From the NCBI GenBank assembly GCA_038320885.1, contig JBBQER010000004.1:177-64176 (forward strand): 64,000 bases of DNA, written 5' to 3'. Under the pieces are notes generated by a model. The model saw nothing but the letters and a program-made list of their open reading frames with translations. It made no database searches and had not been told where the DNA came from. This DNA is from Acidimicrobiia bacterium (GTDB taxonomy: Bacteria; Actinomycetota; Acidimicrobiia; IMCC26256; PALSA-610). A program made the translations under genes and the position numbers. The stretch's first letter is position 1; the number at the start of each line of letters is the position of its first letter. Below, piece by piece: positions 10,478 through 20,098 of the stretch.

Positions 10478-11331
10478 GCTTGACCGATGGCCGCGGCGCA
10501 GCGCACCGGCCCGCGCAGGTAGCGGGAGAACCTATCCCGGTGCCGGCTGCGTTGATTCGTGGCGACGCATCGGATCGCAGCGCCGACGAGCACGCCGGCC
10601 CGAAATGTCTGCCAGCCCGCCCGGCCATACCACTTGCGGATGTAGCGCTCGACCGACGCGTGGAAGGCCGCCTCTCGCCGACGACTGTCCGCGCTGGTTG
10701 CGGCGCCGGTGTGACCGGCCACCAGGTCAGGGCAGTATCGAACTGACCATCCTGCGCGCATCGCCCGCCGCTGCCAATCGGTTTCTTCCGAGTAGAGGAA
10801 GAACCGCTCGTCGAAGCTCCCTACCGCGTCGACGGCTTCGCTGCGAAGCAGCAACACGGCTCCGATGAGAAACCTGCTGCGCGCGGGCACCGAACCCAGC
10901 CCGATCGCGTCGAGCCACGCCCGGCCGGGCGATGGAAAGGGCCACTCGACCGTTTCCGCCGTACCGTCATCGCGACGAAGCGCAGGTGACGCGCACGCCA
11001 CCCGCTCCCGCCCGACACCTCGCATTGCCATCTGCAGAGCGTGCGCCACCTCATCCCCGAGTTGCGCGTCCGGGTTCAGGAGCAACACGTCTCCGTGCTC
11101 CGTCCCGAGCTCGGCCAAGGCCCGATTCACTCCGGCCCCGAAGCCGAGATTGTGACCCGGGTCGATATAGCGACATCCAGGACGGGTAGCGATCGCACGA
11201 ACGTCGTCGTTCGACGAGTTGTCGATCACGAGCACCCGCAGGCCGTCACCGAGCGCGTCGAGACATCGAGCCAACAACGCCGGCGACCCGTACGCCACGA
11301 CAACAACGTTGAGCGGCGGGCGACCGGTCAC
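10474..11331 (-). CDS. Glycosyltransferase family 2 (WbbL/rhamnosyltransferase-like)
   Basis: VIDNSS, NLGFGAGVN, LLLNPD and FDERFFLYSEETDW motifs; GTGA coupling with the upstream gene. Confidence 0.88.
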   Translation of the reverse strand: MTGRPPLNVVVVAYGSPALLARCLDALGDGLRVLVIDNSSNDDVRAIATRPGCRYIDPGHNLGFGAGVNRALAELGTEHGDVLLLNPDAQLGDEVAHALQMAMRGVGRERVACASPALRRDDGTAETVEWPFPSPGRAWLDAIGLGSVPARSRFLIGAVLLLRSEAVDAVGSFDERFFLYSEETDWQRRAMRAGWSVRYCPDLVAGHTGAATSADSRRREAAFHASVERYIRKWYGRAGWQTFRAGVLVGAAIRCVATNQRSRHRDRFSRYLRGPVRCAAAIGQA

Positions 11332-12416
11332 CGTGCGATCGCGTCGTAGAACCGGTGCTGATTCTCCGCGATGCACGACCACGCGAACCTTCGAGACCGC
11401 GCCCGCGCGGCCTCGCCCAGGGCCCGCCGCCGTGCAGGGTCCGAGGCCAGGTCGAGGAGCGCGTGGTGTAGCGCGGCGGCATCGCCTTGCGGCACCAAGA
11501 CGCCGCCATCTCCGACGACTTCCGGCAACGCGCCCGAGTCGCTCGCGACAACGGGCACCCCGGAGGCCATTGCCTCGACTGCGACCCGGCAGAACTGCTC
11601 GATCCATCCCGGCGTTTCGAGCGAGGGCACCACTACGACGTCGAACTTCCGGTACACCGCGGGCAAATCATCAGTGGGTACGAAACCCGAGATCGCGACG
11701 CGTTCGCCCAGCGGCGCCGCCCGGCGACGGATCTCCTCGCGCGTCGGCCCGTCGCCCACGATGTGCAGGGTCCAATCCGGCTGCGCCGCCACCGCGTCGA
11801 TCAGGACCTCGACACCCTTGTGCGCTTCAAGGCGACCGACGTAGCCGATCTCGAGCCGGCCGGTGCTTGTGCTCGGCTGCTGTCCTGGATGAAATCGCTC
11901 GATGTCTACCCCAAGAGCGAGCACGTCGATCCTTCCCGTGAATCCTTTGCGACGAAGAACGCGCCCTGCTTCCTCATTGCACACGTGGACGCCCGAGGCC
12001 GCACGCAGTGCGCTCGATTCCATCCAGCGAAATGGCCACGGATAGCGCTTGTAGATGTTCTGAGCTGAATAGAGCGTTACCGGCGCGGTCGAACGGGCCA
12101 GCCGGCGCAGAAGGAGGATCTCGAACGCCGCCAGGCTGCACGGCTCCTGGTGCGCGTCGATGAGGTCGAAGGGCCCGCCGCGAAGCGCTCGCCACAACGG
12201 GAGCGGCGAATACAAGAACAGGTTCGGCTTGTGGCCGAGTGTTCCCGCGATGGAAATGAAGTCATCCGACCCTGGGTCGCACTGAACATCGCGGCCGCCT
12301 TCATTCCACCGCGCCGCGCTCACGAGCAGCAGGTCTACCCCGCGTGCCCGAAGCTCCCGATCGCGTGCTCGCCAGGCGCTTACGACCCCCGACTGATAGA
12401 TCCGCAGCACACGCAT
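11328..12416 (-). CDS. Glycosyltransferase family 4
   Basis: YVGRLEAHKG and EQFCRVAVEAMASGVPVVASDSG motifs; ATG at 12416 chosen inside the longer ORF. Confidence 0.88.
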   Translation of the reverse strand: MRVLRIYQSGVVSAWRARDRELRARGVDLLLVSAARWNEGGRDVQCDPGSDDFISIAGTLGHKPNLFLYSPLPLWRALRGGPFDLIDAHQEPCSLAAFEILLLRRLARSTAPVTLYSAQNIYKRYPWPFRWMESSALRAASGVHVCNEEAGRVLRRKGFTGRIDVLALGVDIERFHPGQQPSTSTGRLEIGYVGRLEAHKGVEVLIDAVAAQPDWTLHIVGDGPTREEIRRRAAPLGERVAISGFVPTDDLPAVYRKFDVVVVPSLETPGWIEQFCRVAVEAMASGVPVVASDSGALPEVVGDGGVLVPQGDAAALHHALLDLASDPARRRALGEAARARSRRFAWSCIAENQHRFYDAIAR

Positions 12417-12436
12417 TCGTCGACTCGCAGGGCGCG

Positions 12437-13168
12437 TCAGCGACGGTAGTTCACGGCGGCGCGCGTCGCGTCCGGCATCAGTTTCAACAGCTGCCGCAGC
12501 GTCAGCGTCGGCTGCGACGTCAGTGTGTACGTCCACGCATCCGGGTGGACAACATCGAAGGGCATCGACGATCGCTCGAAGCCGCACAGGCGGTCGGCGC
12601 GACCGCCACGCGCATACAGAATCGTGTTCTGTCGATACCACCACTCCACCGTCTTGTCGCTCCACAAACGCGGCCGTAGCAGGTCGAACGCCTGGAATCC
12701 CAGGGCCTCGAATCGCTCGTGCCAGTACGAGGGCCACTGCTCATTCACATGACCTTCGCCACCCTGGAGAGGAATCGCCGCCGAAAACAGGATGACGTCG
12801 CTGTTCCGCGAGAGCAATTCGACAAATTGGCGATCCCTCTCGGAAGGCAAATGCTCCGCGACCTCGAGGCTCATGGTGAGGTCGTGAGCGGTTGTCACAA
12901 CAGCAGTCGGCTCGCTCAGGTCGGCGGTGAGGAAATCGCCCGGAGGGATTTGCAGTTGCTCGCGACCGACATACTCGCCGTCGACTCCCGTTACGCGCTG
13001 AACGCCCAACTCCTTCCAAACCGCGAGCCAGGTTCCCACTCCACATCCGATGTCGAGTACCGACTCCACTGGACCGATGAGCTCGCGAACCAATGGCAGG
13101 ACTGCCAGCGCGGACTGTCGGGAGCCCGCCGCGTGCAATCTGAAGAAGTCGGGGGAGTACTCGCTCAT
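12437..13168 (-). CDS. Class I SAM-dependent methyltransferase (polysaccharide-locus type)
   Basis: VLDIGCGVG motif I, SLEVAEHL and FSAAIP.QGG..HVNEQ. Confidence 0.88.
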   Translation of the reverse strand: MSEYSPDFFRLHAAGSRQSALAVLPLVRELIGPVESVLDIGCGVGTWLAVWKELGVQRVTGVDGEYVGREQLQIPPGDFLTADLSEPTAVVTTAHDLTMSLEVAEHLPSERDRQFVELLSRNSDVILFSAAIPLQGGEGHVNEQWPSYWHERFEALGFQAFDLLRPRLWSDKTVEWWYRQNTILYARGGRADRLCGFERSSMPFDVVHPDAWTYTLTSQPTLTLRQLLKLMPDATRAAVNYRR

Positions 13169-13309
13169 GGGAGAACCCGGGGGTGTGGCTCGCAGGGATC
13201 CGTGTCCACCCCCACGATACGGCGACGGACCGCTCAAGCATCGAGCCGCAGAAAACTCAACTCCGCTCGAGGACCGCGAGCGAGAAGGCACGACTACGAT
13301 CCTACCGGC

Positions 13310-13921
13310 ATGACGCCGTCGTCGACCCTTGCGAACATCGCGGGCGAGCACAGCGGCACCGTGATGACCTATCCCTGGGCCGTACGACTCGCGGGGTATC
13401 TACGGCGACGCGCTTGGTTGGCGACCCTCAGAGTCCGTCATCCTCGCGCCACGTTCGGAAAGCTCTGCGACATCAGACGCGGCTTCCGACTCACGATGGC
13501 GCCCGGTGCGGTCATGCGTTTCGGACCTGGTTGCTCAGTCGATCGCTCGCTCACCCTCGAGACGAGCGGCACGATCGACGTCGGCGCCCGCACGATAATC
13601 GGGCATCACTGCACCATCGCTGCGCGATCGAGGGTCGAGATCGGCTCCGATTGCTTGATTGCCGAGCTGGTGTCGATCCGCGATCACGATCACTCGGCGG
13701 CGCGGACTTCGGTCGCGACCAGAGCGCAGGGCGAGGTGGTCGCACCCGTTCGGATTGGGAACAATGTCTGGCTCGGCGCCAAAGTGACGGTGCTCAAAGG
13801 CGTGACGATCGGCGATGGCACCGTCGTGGGAGCCAATGCCGTGGTGACCGACGATCTCCCGAGCCACTGCGTCGCGGTCGGCATCCCCGCTCGCATCGTG
13901 AAGCAGCGACCGCATGGCTGA
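13310..13921 (+). CDS. Hexapeptide-repeat (left-handed beta-helix) O-acyltransferase
   Basis: IRDHDH and VRIGNNVWLGAKVTVLKGVTIGDGTVVGANAVVT..AVGIPAR; start may be 13361 or 13364. Confidence 0.88.
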   Translation: MTPSSTLANIAGEHSGTVMTYPWAVRLAGYLRRRAWLATLRVRHPRATFGKLCDIRRGFRLTMAPGAVMRFGPGCSVDRSLTLETSGTIDVGARTIIGHHCTIAARSRVEIGSDCLIAELVSIRDHDHSAARTSVATRAQGEVVAPVRIGNNVWLGAKVTVLKGVTIGDGTVVGANAVVTDDLPSHCVAVGIPARIVKQRPHG

Positions 13922-15461
13922 GGCTGAGCTCGATCCGTCGCTGAGCTCGGAGACCCTCGGCAACTCAGCTCGAGTGGCCTCTGCCACGGCATTCAATGCG
14001 GTGGTGTCGGGCGCATCGACGATCATCGTGGCCCGCGCGCTAGGTACTTCGAAGTTCGGCCTGTACACCTATTGGATCTTCTTGCTGATCCTCATCGCAG
14101 GCCTGTCAGACCTCGGAGTGAACACGAGAGGCACGAACATTCTGGTACGCGCCTGGGCCAGCGGAGAGACAAAAACCGTCGCCGCAGAGATGCGTCGAAT
14201 GCTGCGATTGAACGTCGCGAGAGCCCTGATTCTCGGAGTCGGTACGACCGTCGTGTTCCGCGCCCATCCCGCGGCGGCCGCGTTGATCACAACCGCAGTC
14301 ATGCTTCGCGCCGTAAGCGCAGTCTTCAGCATCTCGTTGGTTGCGCGGCGTCGGTACCGCGCATTGGCGATGAGCTCCATCGGAACCACAATCGCGCAGA
14401 GCATCGCCACGTCGTGGGTAGCTGTCGCGACCCACGACGCCGCGCTCACCGTCGCAGTCTTCGTCGTGGGACAACTGATCGACGTCGCGGTTGCGTTCGC
14501 GCTCGCCCCGTGGCCGCTCTTGCGGAAAGCCTCCCAGCCTGCAACTCGGCTACAGCGTTTGCAGTTGAGAACGCTGCTCGCGTTCTACTCGCTTGGCCTG
14601 TGTCAGCTCGTGATATTCGGACGGAGTGAGTCTCTCGTTCTCCATCAAACCGATCAAGCCGTTGCCCTCGGCCTGTTTGCGATCGCTACCACACTGGCCG
14701 CGCGGGCGACGTTGCTCACCGACGCTCTCTACAGCGCGCTGGTCCCGAGTCTCGGTGCCGCCTCGACCCGAGATCACGAGGGCGCCGCGCGCGCCTACTC
14801 GACCGCGCTGCGATTCTCGTCCTTGCTCGTACTCTTGACAGCACTCGTGTTAGGGCCTGCGATCGTCGTCGTCGGTCCGGTGGTCCTGGGCGCGTCGGGC
14901 GGAGCGGTACGAGTTGCGACTGCCGTCATACTCGGGGGAAGCCTCCTGCAAACGTTCGTCTACCCGCTTACTGCGATCGCGTCGCTCGAGATGCAGCGGA
15001 GGGCAGTGGCGTTCCCTGCGCTCGTCGGTGCTGTGCTCGACATCGGCGCCGCACTTATCCTCATACCCGGCCACGGCCTCTCCGGCGCCGCGGTCGCCTC
15101 GCTCATCGGAGCCTTGGGCTTCGCTTTCGGGTTCTGCACAATCGTGCGGCTCCGCGGACCGACGGTCCAAACGCTGCGTGCACAGTTGCTTCGCGTCATA
15201 ACCATGATCGCCGCCCTGATCGCGGCGGGGATCGCGACGCAGAACGCCTCAGCTGTCATCGCCTTTGCAGCCATATGGGCGACGACGATCACCGTCTACT
15301 TCCTGTGCGGCGCCGGCCACGGTGTTCTCACCGGGGAGGATCTCACACGTCTTCGAGCCGCAGCGCCGCGGTTGGCGATCCGGGTGCCGCGCGCGGCCCG
15401 AGGATACGTCAATCGCGCGTTGCTCGTCGCTTCAGACGGCGCATTGGTTCCCCCGTCGTGA
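13914..15461 (+). CDS. Oligosaccharide flippase (Wzx-like, MOP superfamily)
   Basis: About 12-14 TMs; ARALG...FGLY and LSDLG motifs; position within the GT cluster. Confidence 0.8.
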   Translation: MAEAELDPSLSSETLGNSARVASATAFNAVVSGASTIIVARALGTSKFGLYTYWIFLLILIAGLSDLGVNTRGTNILVRAWASGETKTVAAEMRRMLRLNVARALILGVGTTVVFRAHPAAAALITTAVMLRAVSAVFSISLVARRRYRALAMSSIGTTIAQSIATSWVAVATHDAALTVAVFVVGQLIDVAVAFALAPWPLLRKASQPATRLQRLQLRTLLAFYSLGLCQLVIFGRSESLVLHQTDQAVALGLFAIATTLAARATLLTDALYSALVPSLGAASTRDHEGAARAYSTALRFSSLLVLLTALVLGPAIVVVGPVVLGASGGAVRVATAVILGGSLLQTFVYPLTAIASLEMQRRAVAFPALVGAVLDIGAALILIPGHGLSGAAVASLIGALGFAFGFCTIVRLRGPTVQTLRAQLLRVITMIAALIAAGIATQNASAVIAFAAIWATTITVYFLCGAGHGVLTGEDLTRLRAAAPRLAIRVPRAARGYVNRALLVASDGALVPPS

Positions 15462-16633
15462 CCCACGCGGTCGCCCAGTTCGCGAGCGCTTTCTCCCCGC
15501 ACGTCGGGGGCGTCGAGCAGGTCGTAGAACAACTCGCTCACCAGCAACTCGCGCTCGGTGACAACCCCCTCGTGATAACCATGCGGTGGCCCAAGGACTT
15601 GGCGCAGGCCGAAGTCGTCCGGGGCATCCCAGTGCGCCGCCACATCTTCCGCTTGCCCGAAAAAGCGATGCGCTCAAAGCTCGCGTATTTCGTCGAGAAC
15701 CAGCGCGTTCAACGCGCCGTGGAGCGTCAGCTCAGAGCTCACGCCGCGACGATCATCCACATTCAATGTGTGAGTAGCAACGCGCTGTACGCGATGAGGG
15801 CCGCCCGATCCTTGCAGCTCCCACTCGTCGCCACGCTGCACGGTGAGTTGACTATGGATGCGACTGGTATCTATCAGCGGTCAACGACTCTTCCCAGTCT
15901 CCTGCGGCGGTTGATGCTCGAAGCAGACGCGGTAACCGCCTGCTCGACCCATACGCTCGACCAGGCGCAGCATTTCACCGGGGTCGACACGGGAGCGCGT
16001 GGTTCCGTCATTTGCCCCGGGGTGACGCTCGCGGAATTCGAGACCGCCGAACCGGAGCGACGCGCGCGGCCGTTTCTGCTTGCCGTCGGCAGACACGTTC
16101 GGGCCAAAGGCTTCGACGTTCTCATCGAGGCATATGCCGCGGTCCGGTCCCGCCTGCCCGACGCCCCAGACCTGGTAATAGCAGGAGACGGCGAGGAGCG
16201 AGACGCGCTCACTCGACTCGTCGACGTTCTTCGTTTGCGCGAGAGCATCGAACTCGTCGGAGAGTGCGACCGCGCGCGAACCGCGGGACTGTTCCGCGGC
16301 TGTAGTGCCTTCGTGCTTCCGTCGCGCCATGAGCCGTTGGGCATCGTCAACATGGAAGCGATGGCTGCTTCGAAGCCCGTGATCGCCAGTCGCGTGGGAG
16401 GCGTGCCCGAGATCGTCGCTGACGATGAGACCGGGCTGCTAACCGCGCCAGGCGATCCGGCGGGATTGGCCGACGCGATCCTCCGAGTCATCACGGATCC
16501 GATCCTGGCGAAGCGCCTGGGCGAATCGGGACGCCTTCGCATGACGGCATTCGACTGGCGCGAGGTCTCCGCGCAGTACGACGACGTGTACCGACGCGCG
16601 ACCGCGAGCGCGGCTCAGCGCATCGACCAATAG
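15458..16633 (+). CDS. Glycosyltransferase family 4
   Basis: PHVGGVE, KGFD and EPLGIVNMEAMAASKPVIASRVGG; GTGA coupling with the flippase. Confidence 0.9.
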   Translation: MTHAVAQFASAFSPHVGGVEQVVEQLAHQQLALGDNPLVITMRWPKDLAQAEVVRGIPVRRHIFRLPEKAMRSKLAYFVENQRVQRAVERQLRAHAATIIHIQCVSSNALYAMRAARSLQLPLVATLHGELTMDATGIYQRSTTLPSLLRRLMLEADAVTACSTHTLDQAQHFTGVDTGARGSVICPGVTLAEFETAEPERRARPFLLAVGRHVRAKGFDVLIEAYAAVRSRLPDAPDLVIAGDGEERDALTRLVDVLRLRESIELVGECDRARTAGLFRGCSAFVLPSRHEPLGIVNMEAMAASKPVIASRVGGVPEIVADDETGLLTAPGDPAGLADAILRVITDPILAKRLGESGRLRMTAFDWREVSAQYDDVYRRATASAAQRIDQ

Positions 16634-17475
16634 TCCGCTCGCCGGCCGACATGTTGCAAGAACCGGGCGCTGTCCTCGGCGATCTGCGCCGTCGCCCACT
16701 CCAACGCCACCTGACTCCACTCGAAATTCGGCGGCGCGGGTCTGGTGAGTCGATCCGTGAACAGCGATTTCACCGATTGCGGAACGAATCGCTTGAATCG
16801 TTCATATCCTGGAATCATTCGCACAGAGTCAACCGCCGGCCAACGTACACGTTTGCCGACAGATGCGTTCCGGCCGTGTGCGTGGGGAATGTCTATCGAC
16901 GATAGAGGCGGCAACTCGAGGAACGAGAGACACTCGGCAACGACACGCGATTCTTCGGCGATGAACTCGTCGAAGAGCTCGATGTGAATTTGCTCGTCCG
17001 GAAAGACATTTCGGTACTCGCTCAACTGACGCCAGTAGAGGCTCGGGTCAACGAGCAACGGCGTCTCGATCAAGGTTCGTTCGAACCCCCGGAACCCGTT
17101 GGCAAGGCCGACGGACAACAGCTGCACCCACGCAGATTCGATGCGTCGCAACGGATGCCGCACCAGATAGATGATCTTCGCCTGCGGATTGAACTCGTGA
17201 AGACGCTGCGCAGTACCTGGGTAGATTCCGCACATCGAGTAGTAGGTGCTGCCCTCGCCGCGAGCTGCCGCATGTCCGGCTTGCGCGAAAAGATTCCGAT
17301 ACCAGTCTGCTTTGGCGGTCATGTCTTTTTCGGACTGAAAGAACATCGGCTCCTTTGTCGGGATCACGACCTGCGGGTGGCGATCGAGGAGCGCGCAGAG
17401 ACGAGTCGTGCCTGCCCTTTGTGCGCCGATGACGAAGAAGTTCGGTCCGGTCAACGACCGGCCGTCGCTGCTCAT
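16615..17475 (-). CDS. PAPS-dependent sulfotransferase
   Basis: PNFFVIGAQRAGTT (5'-PSB loop), KEPMFF, GEGSTYY and RHPLRRIES (3'-PB) motifs. Confidence 0.88.
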   Translation of the reverse strand: MSSDGRSLTGPNFFVIGAQRAGTTRLCALLDRHPQVVIPTKEPMFFQSEKDMTAKADWYRNLFAQAGHAAARGEGSTYYSMCGIYPGTAQRLHEFNPQAKIIYLVRHPLRRIESAWVQLLSVGLANGFRGFERTLIETPLLVDPSLYWRQLSEYRNVFPDEQIHIELFDEFIAEESRVVAECLSFLELPPLSSIDIPHAHGRNASVGKRVRWPAVDSVRMIPGYERFKRFVPQSVKSLFTDRLTRPAPPNFEWSQVALEWATAQIAEDSARFLQHVGRRADYWSMR

Positions 17476-17479
17476 TGCA

Positions 17480-18388
17480 CTAGTGCCTGCCGATTCCCTC
17501 GAGACTGGTCGCCAGGAGCGGCACCAGCCTCGGGTCGTCGACAAGCGCTCGCAAGCCAAGAGCTACGGCTTTCGGATAGCACCGGCGCACGCGTAGGTCG
17601 TGCATCTGGGGCACGAGCATCGAGTAGTAGCACCATTCCCTCCAGCGAGCCACGCCGTCTCGATATGCGCGCCGGCACTCCGAGCAATGTCCGTGCGTGC
17701 GCTTCGCTCGATCGAGAACCGTGGTCCCACTTCGCCACATGCGCCGGTGGTTCTTGGACATCGACGTCGAGTAGTTCCGATAGCCCGCGCGGGCTTCCGG
17801 GACCGTCACGAACCCGAAGCCCGCGGCAGCCATCCGCATCCACATGTCCCAATCTTCGCAACTCTGGAGACCAGCGTCGAAAAGTCCGACCCGGGCAAAA
17901 GCGGCCCGGCGCACGAGGTAGCGGCAGGGCGGACCGACTGCGATGGGATCGAAGAGGGCGTGGAACGGGTGGAATGGAAGATGCGGCGCGTCCACATGGT
18001 TCATCGTGCGACCCCGCTCATCGATCTCGTCCCAGCTCCCTACAAAAACTGCTCCATGGGGTTCGTTGAGCGCCGCGGCAGTGGACCGTTCCAGCGCGTC
18101 CTCCCGGAGAACATCGTCTGAATCGAGTAGCTGGATCAGTTCACCGCGAGCCGCGAGTACGCCCGCATTGCGAGCCGTCGAGAGTCCTTGATTCTCCTGG
18201 CGGAGCAGCACGATGGCGTCACCGAAATCCGCCGCGACGGCGGCACTGTTGTCCGTCGAACCGTCGTCGATCACGATGATCTCGACGCGGTCGCGCGTTT
18301 GGCTCAATGCGCTGTTGACCGCGTCGCCGAGAAACGGCGCGTGATTGAAGCAAGGAATAACCACACTCACAAGCGGCGCGACTGCCAC
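17480..18388 (-). CDS. Glycosyltransferase family 2
   Basis: VSVVIPCFN, IDDGSTD, NQGLSTARN, LDSDD and EDWD motifs. Confidence 0.92.
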   Translation of the reverse strand: MAVAPLVSVVIPCFNHAPFLGDAVNSALSQTRDRVEIIVIDDGSTDNSAAVAADFGDAIVLLRQENQGLSTARNAGVLAARGELIQLLDSDDVLREDALERSTAAALNEPHGAVFVGSWDEIDERGRTMNHVDAPHLPFHPFHALFDPIAVGPPCRYLVRRAAFARVGLFDAGLQSCEDWDMWMRMAAAGFGFVTVPEARAGYRNYSTSMSKNHRRMWRSGTTVLDRAKRTHGHCSECRRAYRDGVARWREWCYYSMLVPQMHDLRVRRCYPKAVALGLRALVDDPRLVPLLATSLEGIGRH

Positions 18389-18396
18389 GGCTGCCC

Positions 18397-19518
18397 TTAC
18401 AACATCGATGAGGTCTCGGCGTATGTCGCCGAGCGCATCCGCGCATGGAAGACCGCCTCGGAGTATTTCTCGGCTCGCTTCAACAAGGTTTCGGGAGCGA
18501 ATGACGTCTGCTGAAACTGCCGCACCGCTCGTGCGATCGCGGCGCCAGTCGGTTGGTCGAAGAAGACTCCGGTCTCTCCCTCGATGACCGTTTCCAGAAA
18601 GCCGCCATACCGCAGCACCACCGACGGCTTGCCGAACGCCATAGCCTCAACCGGCGTCAGGCCGAAATCCTCGTACGATGCTGCGAGCAGGGCCTGACCG
18701 TGTGCGTACAACCAACGCAGCTCGCCTTCTCGGACGCCGCCAAGTAATTCGACGTTGCGAGGCAGCATCGACCGCAGGTGCCTATCCATCGGGCCGCGCC
18801 CGACTACCACGAGACGCTCGTGCGGAAGGCTGCCGAAGGCCTCGATGATCGCTTCTACGTTCTTATAGGGAAGCAGCCGCGAAACGCAGAGAAAGAAGCC
18901 GTCGGAGAGTCCTTGGATCGGCTCCTGTGCGCCGTCCGGGGCCACCGTGGTCGGAGGATTGAGAACGTCGGCCCGAATGCCATACGTCGTGTCCACGCGG
19001 CGCCGTACGGCGTGAGAGATGGCGAGATACGCATCGGCCGAGTGTGCGGCCCGATGGTCCCACCGTCGCAGCGGCTCTCCGACGGTCTGGATCGCCGCGG
19101 CAGAGGCCGACACACGCCGCCCGGTGTACTGCGCTGTCTGGTAGAGCCATCTCGCCGGGTTATAGCAGTACACGACTTTGCGACCTTCGGTCCGCGCGCC
19201 GTGCGCCCATCCACTCGAGCTGCACAGAATCACGTCGGCGTCGATCTCGAGCCGGGAGAACGCCCGGGCGAACAGCGGTAATGCCAGTCGATGGCGACGT
19301 CGAAAAGCCCGCACGCGGTTCAACGCGGTAGTGCGGATGTCGAACTGTGCGAACTCGGGGAACGTCAGATCGGGCTCGTAGAGCGACGTGTAGACCGGAG
19401 CATCGGGAAATGCCCGGCACATCGACAGAAAGACTCGTTCCGCTCCACCCCGCTGGGTCAGGTAGTCATGAACCAGCGCGACCTTCGGTCGACCCCCGGA
19501 CGCCGGTGCATTTTCCAC
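18397..19518 (-). CDS. Glycosyltransferase family 4 (WbaZ-like)
   Basis: VHDYLTQRGGAERV, SRLLPYKN and EDFGLTPVEAMAFGKP; start uncertain (GTG 19518; ORF extends to 19620). Confidence 0.88.
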   Translation of the reverse strand: MENAPASGGRPKVALVHDYLTQRGGAERVFLSMCRAFPDAPVYTSLYEPDLTFPEFAQFDIRTTALNRVRAFRRRHRLALPLFARAFSRLEIDADVILCSSSGWAHGARTEGRKVVYCYNPARWLYQTAQYTGRRVSASAAAIQTVGEPLRRWDHRAAHSADAYLAISHAVRRRVDTTYGIRADVLNPPTTVAPDGAQEPIQGLSDGFFLCVSRLLPYKNVEAIIEAFGSLPHERLVVVGRGPMDRHLRSMLPRNVELLGGVREGELRWLYAHGQALLAASYEDFGLTPVEAMAFGKPSVVLRYGGFLETVIEGETGVFFDQPTGAAIARAVRQFQQTSFAPETLLKRAEKYSEAVFHARMRSATYAETSSML

Positions 19519-19537
19519 CTGCCGTACGATTTGCTCG

Positions 19538-20098
19538 GTGGAGCCACCCGAAGTCGTCGCGACGGTGCTCTTCGTCTGCACCGCCAACATCTGCCGATCA
19601 CCCATGGCGGCAGCCATCATGGAGAATCGGTTGCGCAGGATCGACGCGCCGGCGCACGTGGGTTCCGCCGGTCTGCGAGCGGTCGGCGGGCCGCCAGACG
19701 AGCTCGCTCAACAAGCTCTCGCAGCCCGGGGCTTCGACCGTTACCGACACGAGCCGAACGGAGTTACACCCGAGCTGATCGCTGACGCGACCGTGATCCT
19801 TGCGATGGAGCGTGCGCACGTTGCCGAGATCGCAATGACCATGCCGAACGCCTTCGCCAAGACCTTCGGCCTCACCGAGATCGTCGCCCTCGGGGCCATT
19901 CACGGACCGCGCCGCGACGAGGAGACCGTGAGCGCCTGGCTGGCCCGCCTGCAGGCGGGCCGACGTCCGGTCGACGTGTTGCAAGCCGATGCGACGTACG
20001 ACATCGCCGATCCTCACGGCGGCAGCACTGCCGGCTACGAGCGCTGTGCCAACGAATTGACGCGACTCATCGACGCGCTGATCGTTCTGCTCAATTGA
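19538..20098 (+). CDS. Low-molecular-weight protein tyrosine phosphatase (Wzb-like)
   Basis: P-loop VCTANICRS (CX5R), SAG and DIADP general-acid motif. Confidence 0.9.
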   Translation: MEPPEVVATVLFVCTANICRSPMAAAIMENRLRRIDAPAHVGSAGLRAVGGPPDELAQQALAARGFDRYRHEPNGVTPELIADATVILAMERAHVAEIAMTMPNAFAKTFGLTEIVALGAIHGPRRDEETVSAWLARLQAGRRPVDVLQADATYDIADPHGGSTAGYERCANELTRLIDALIVLLN

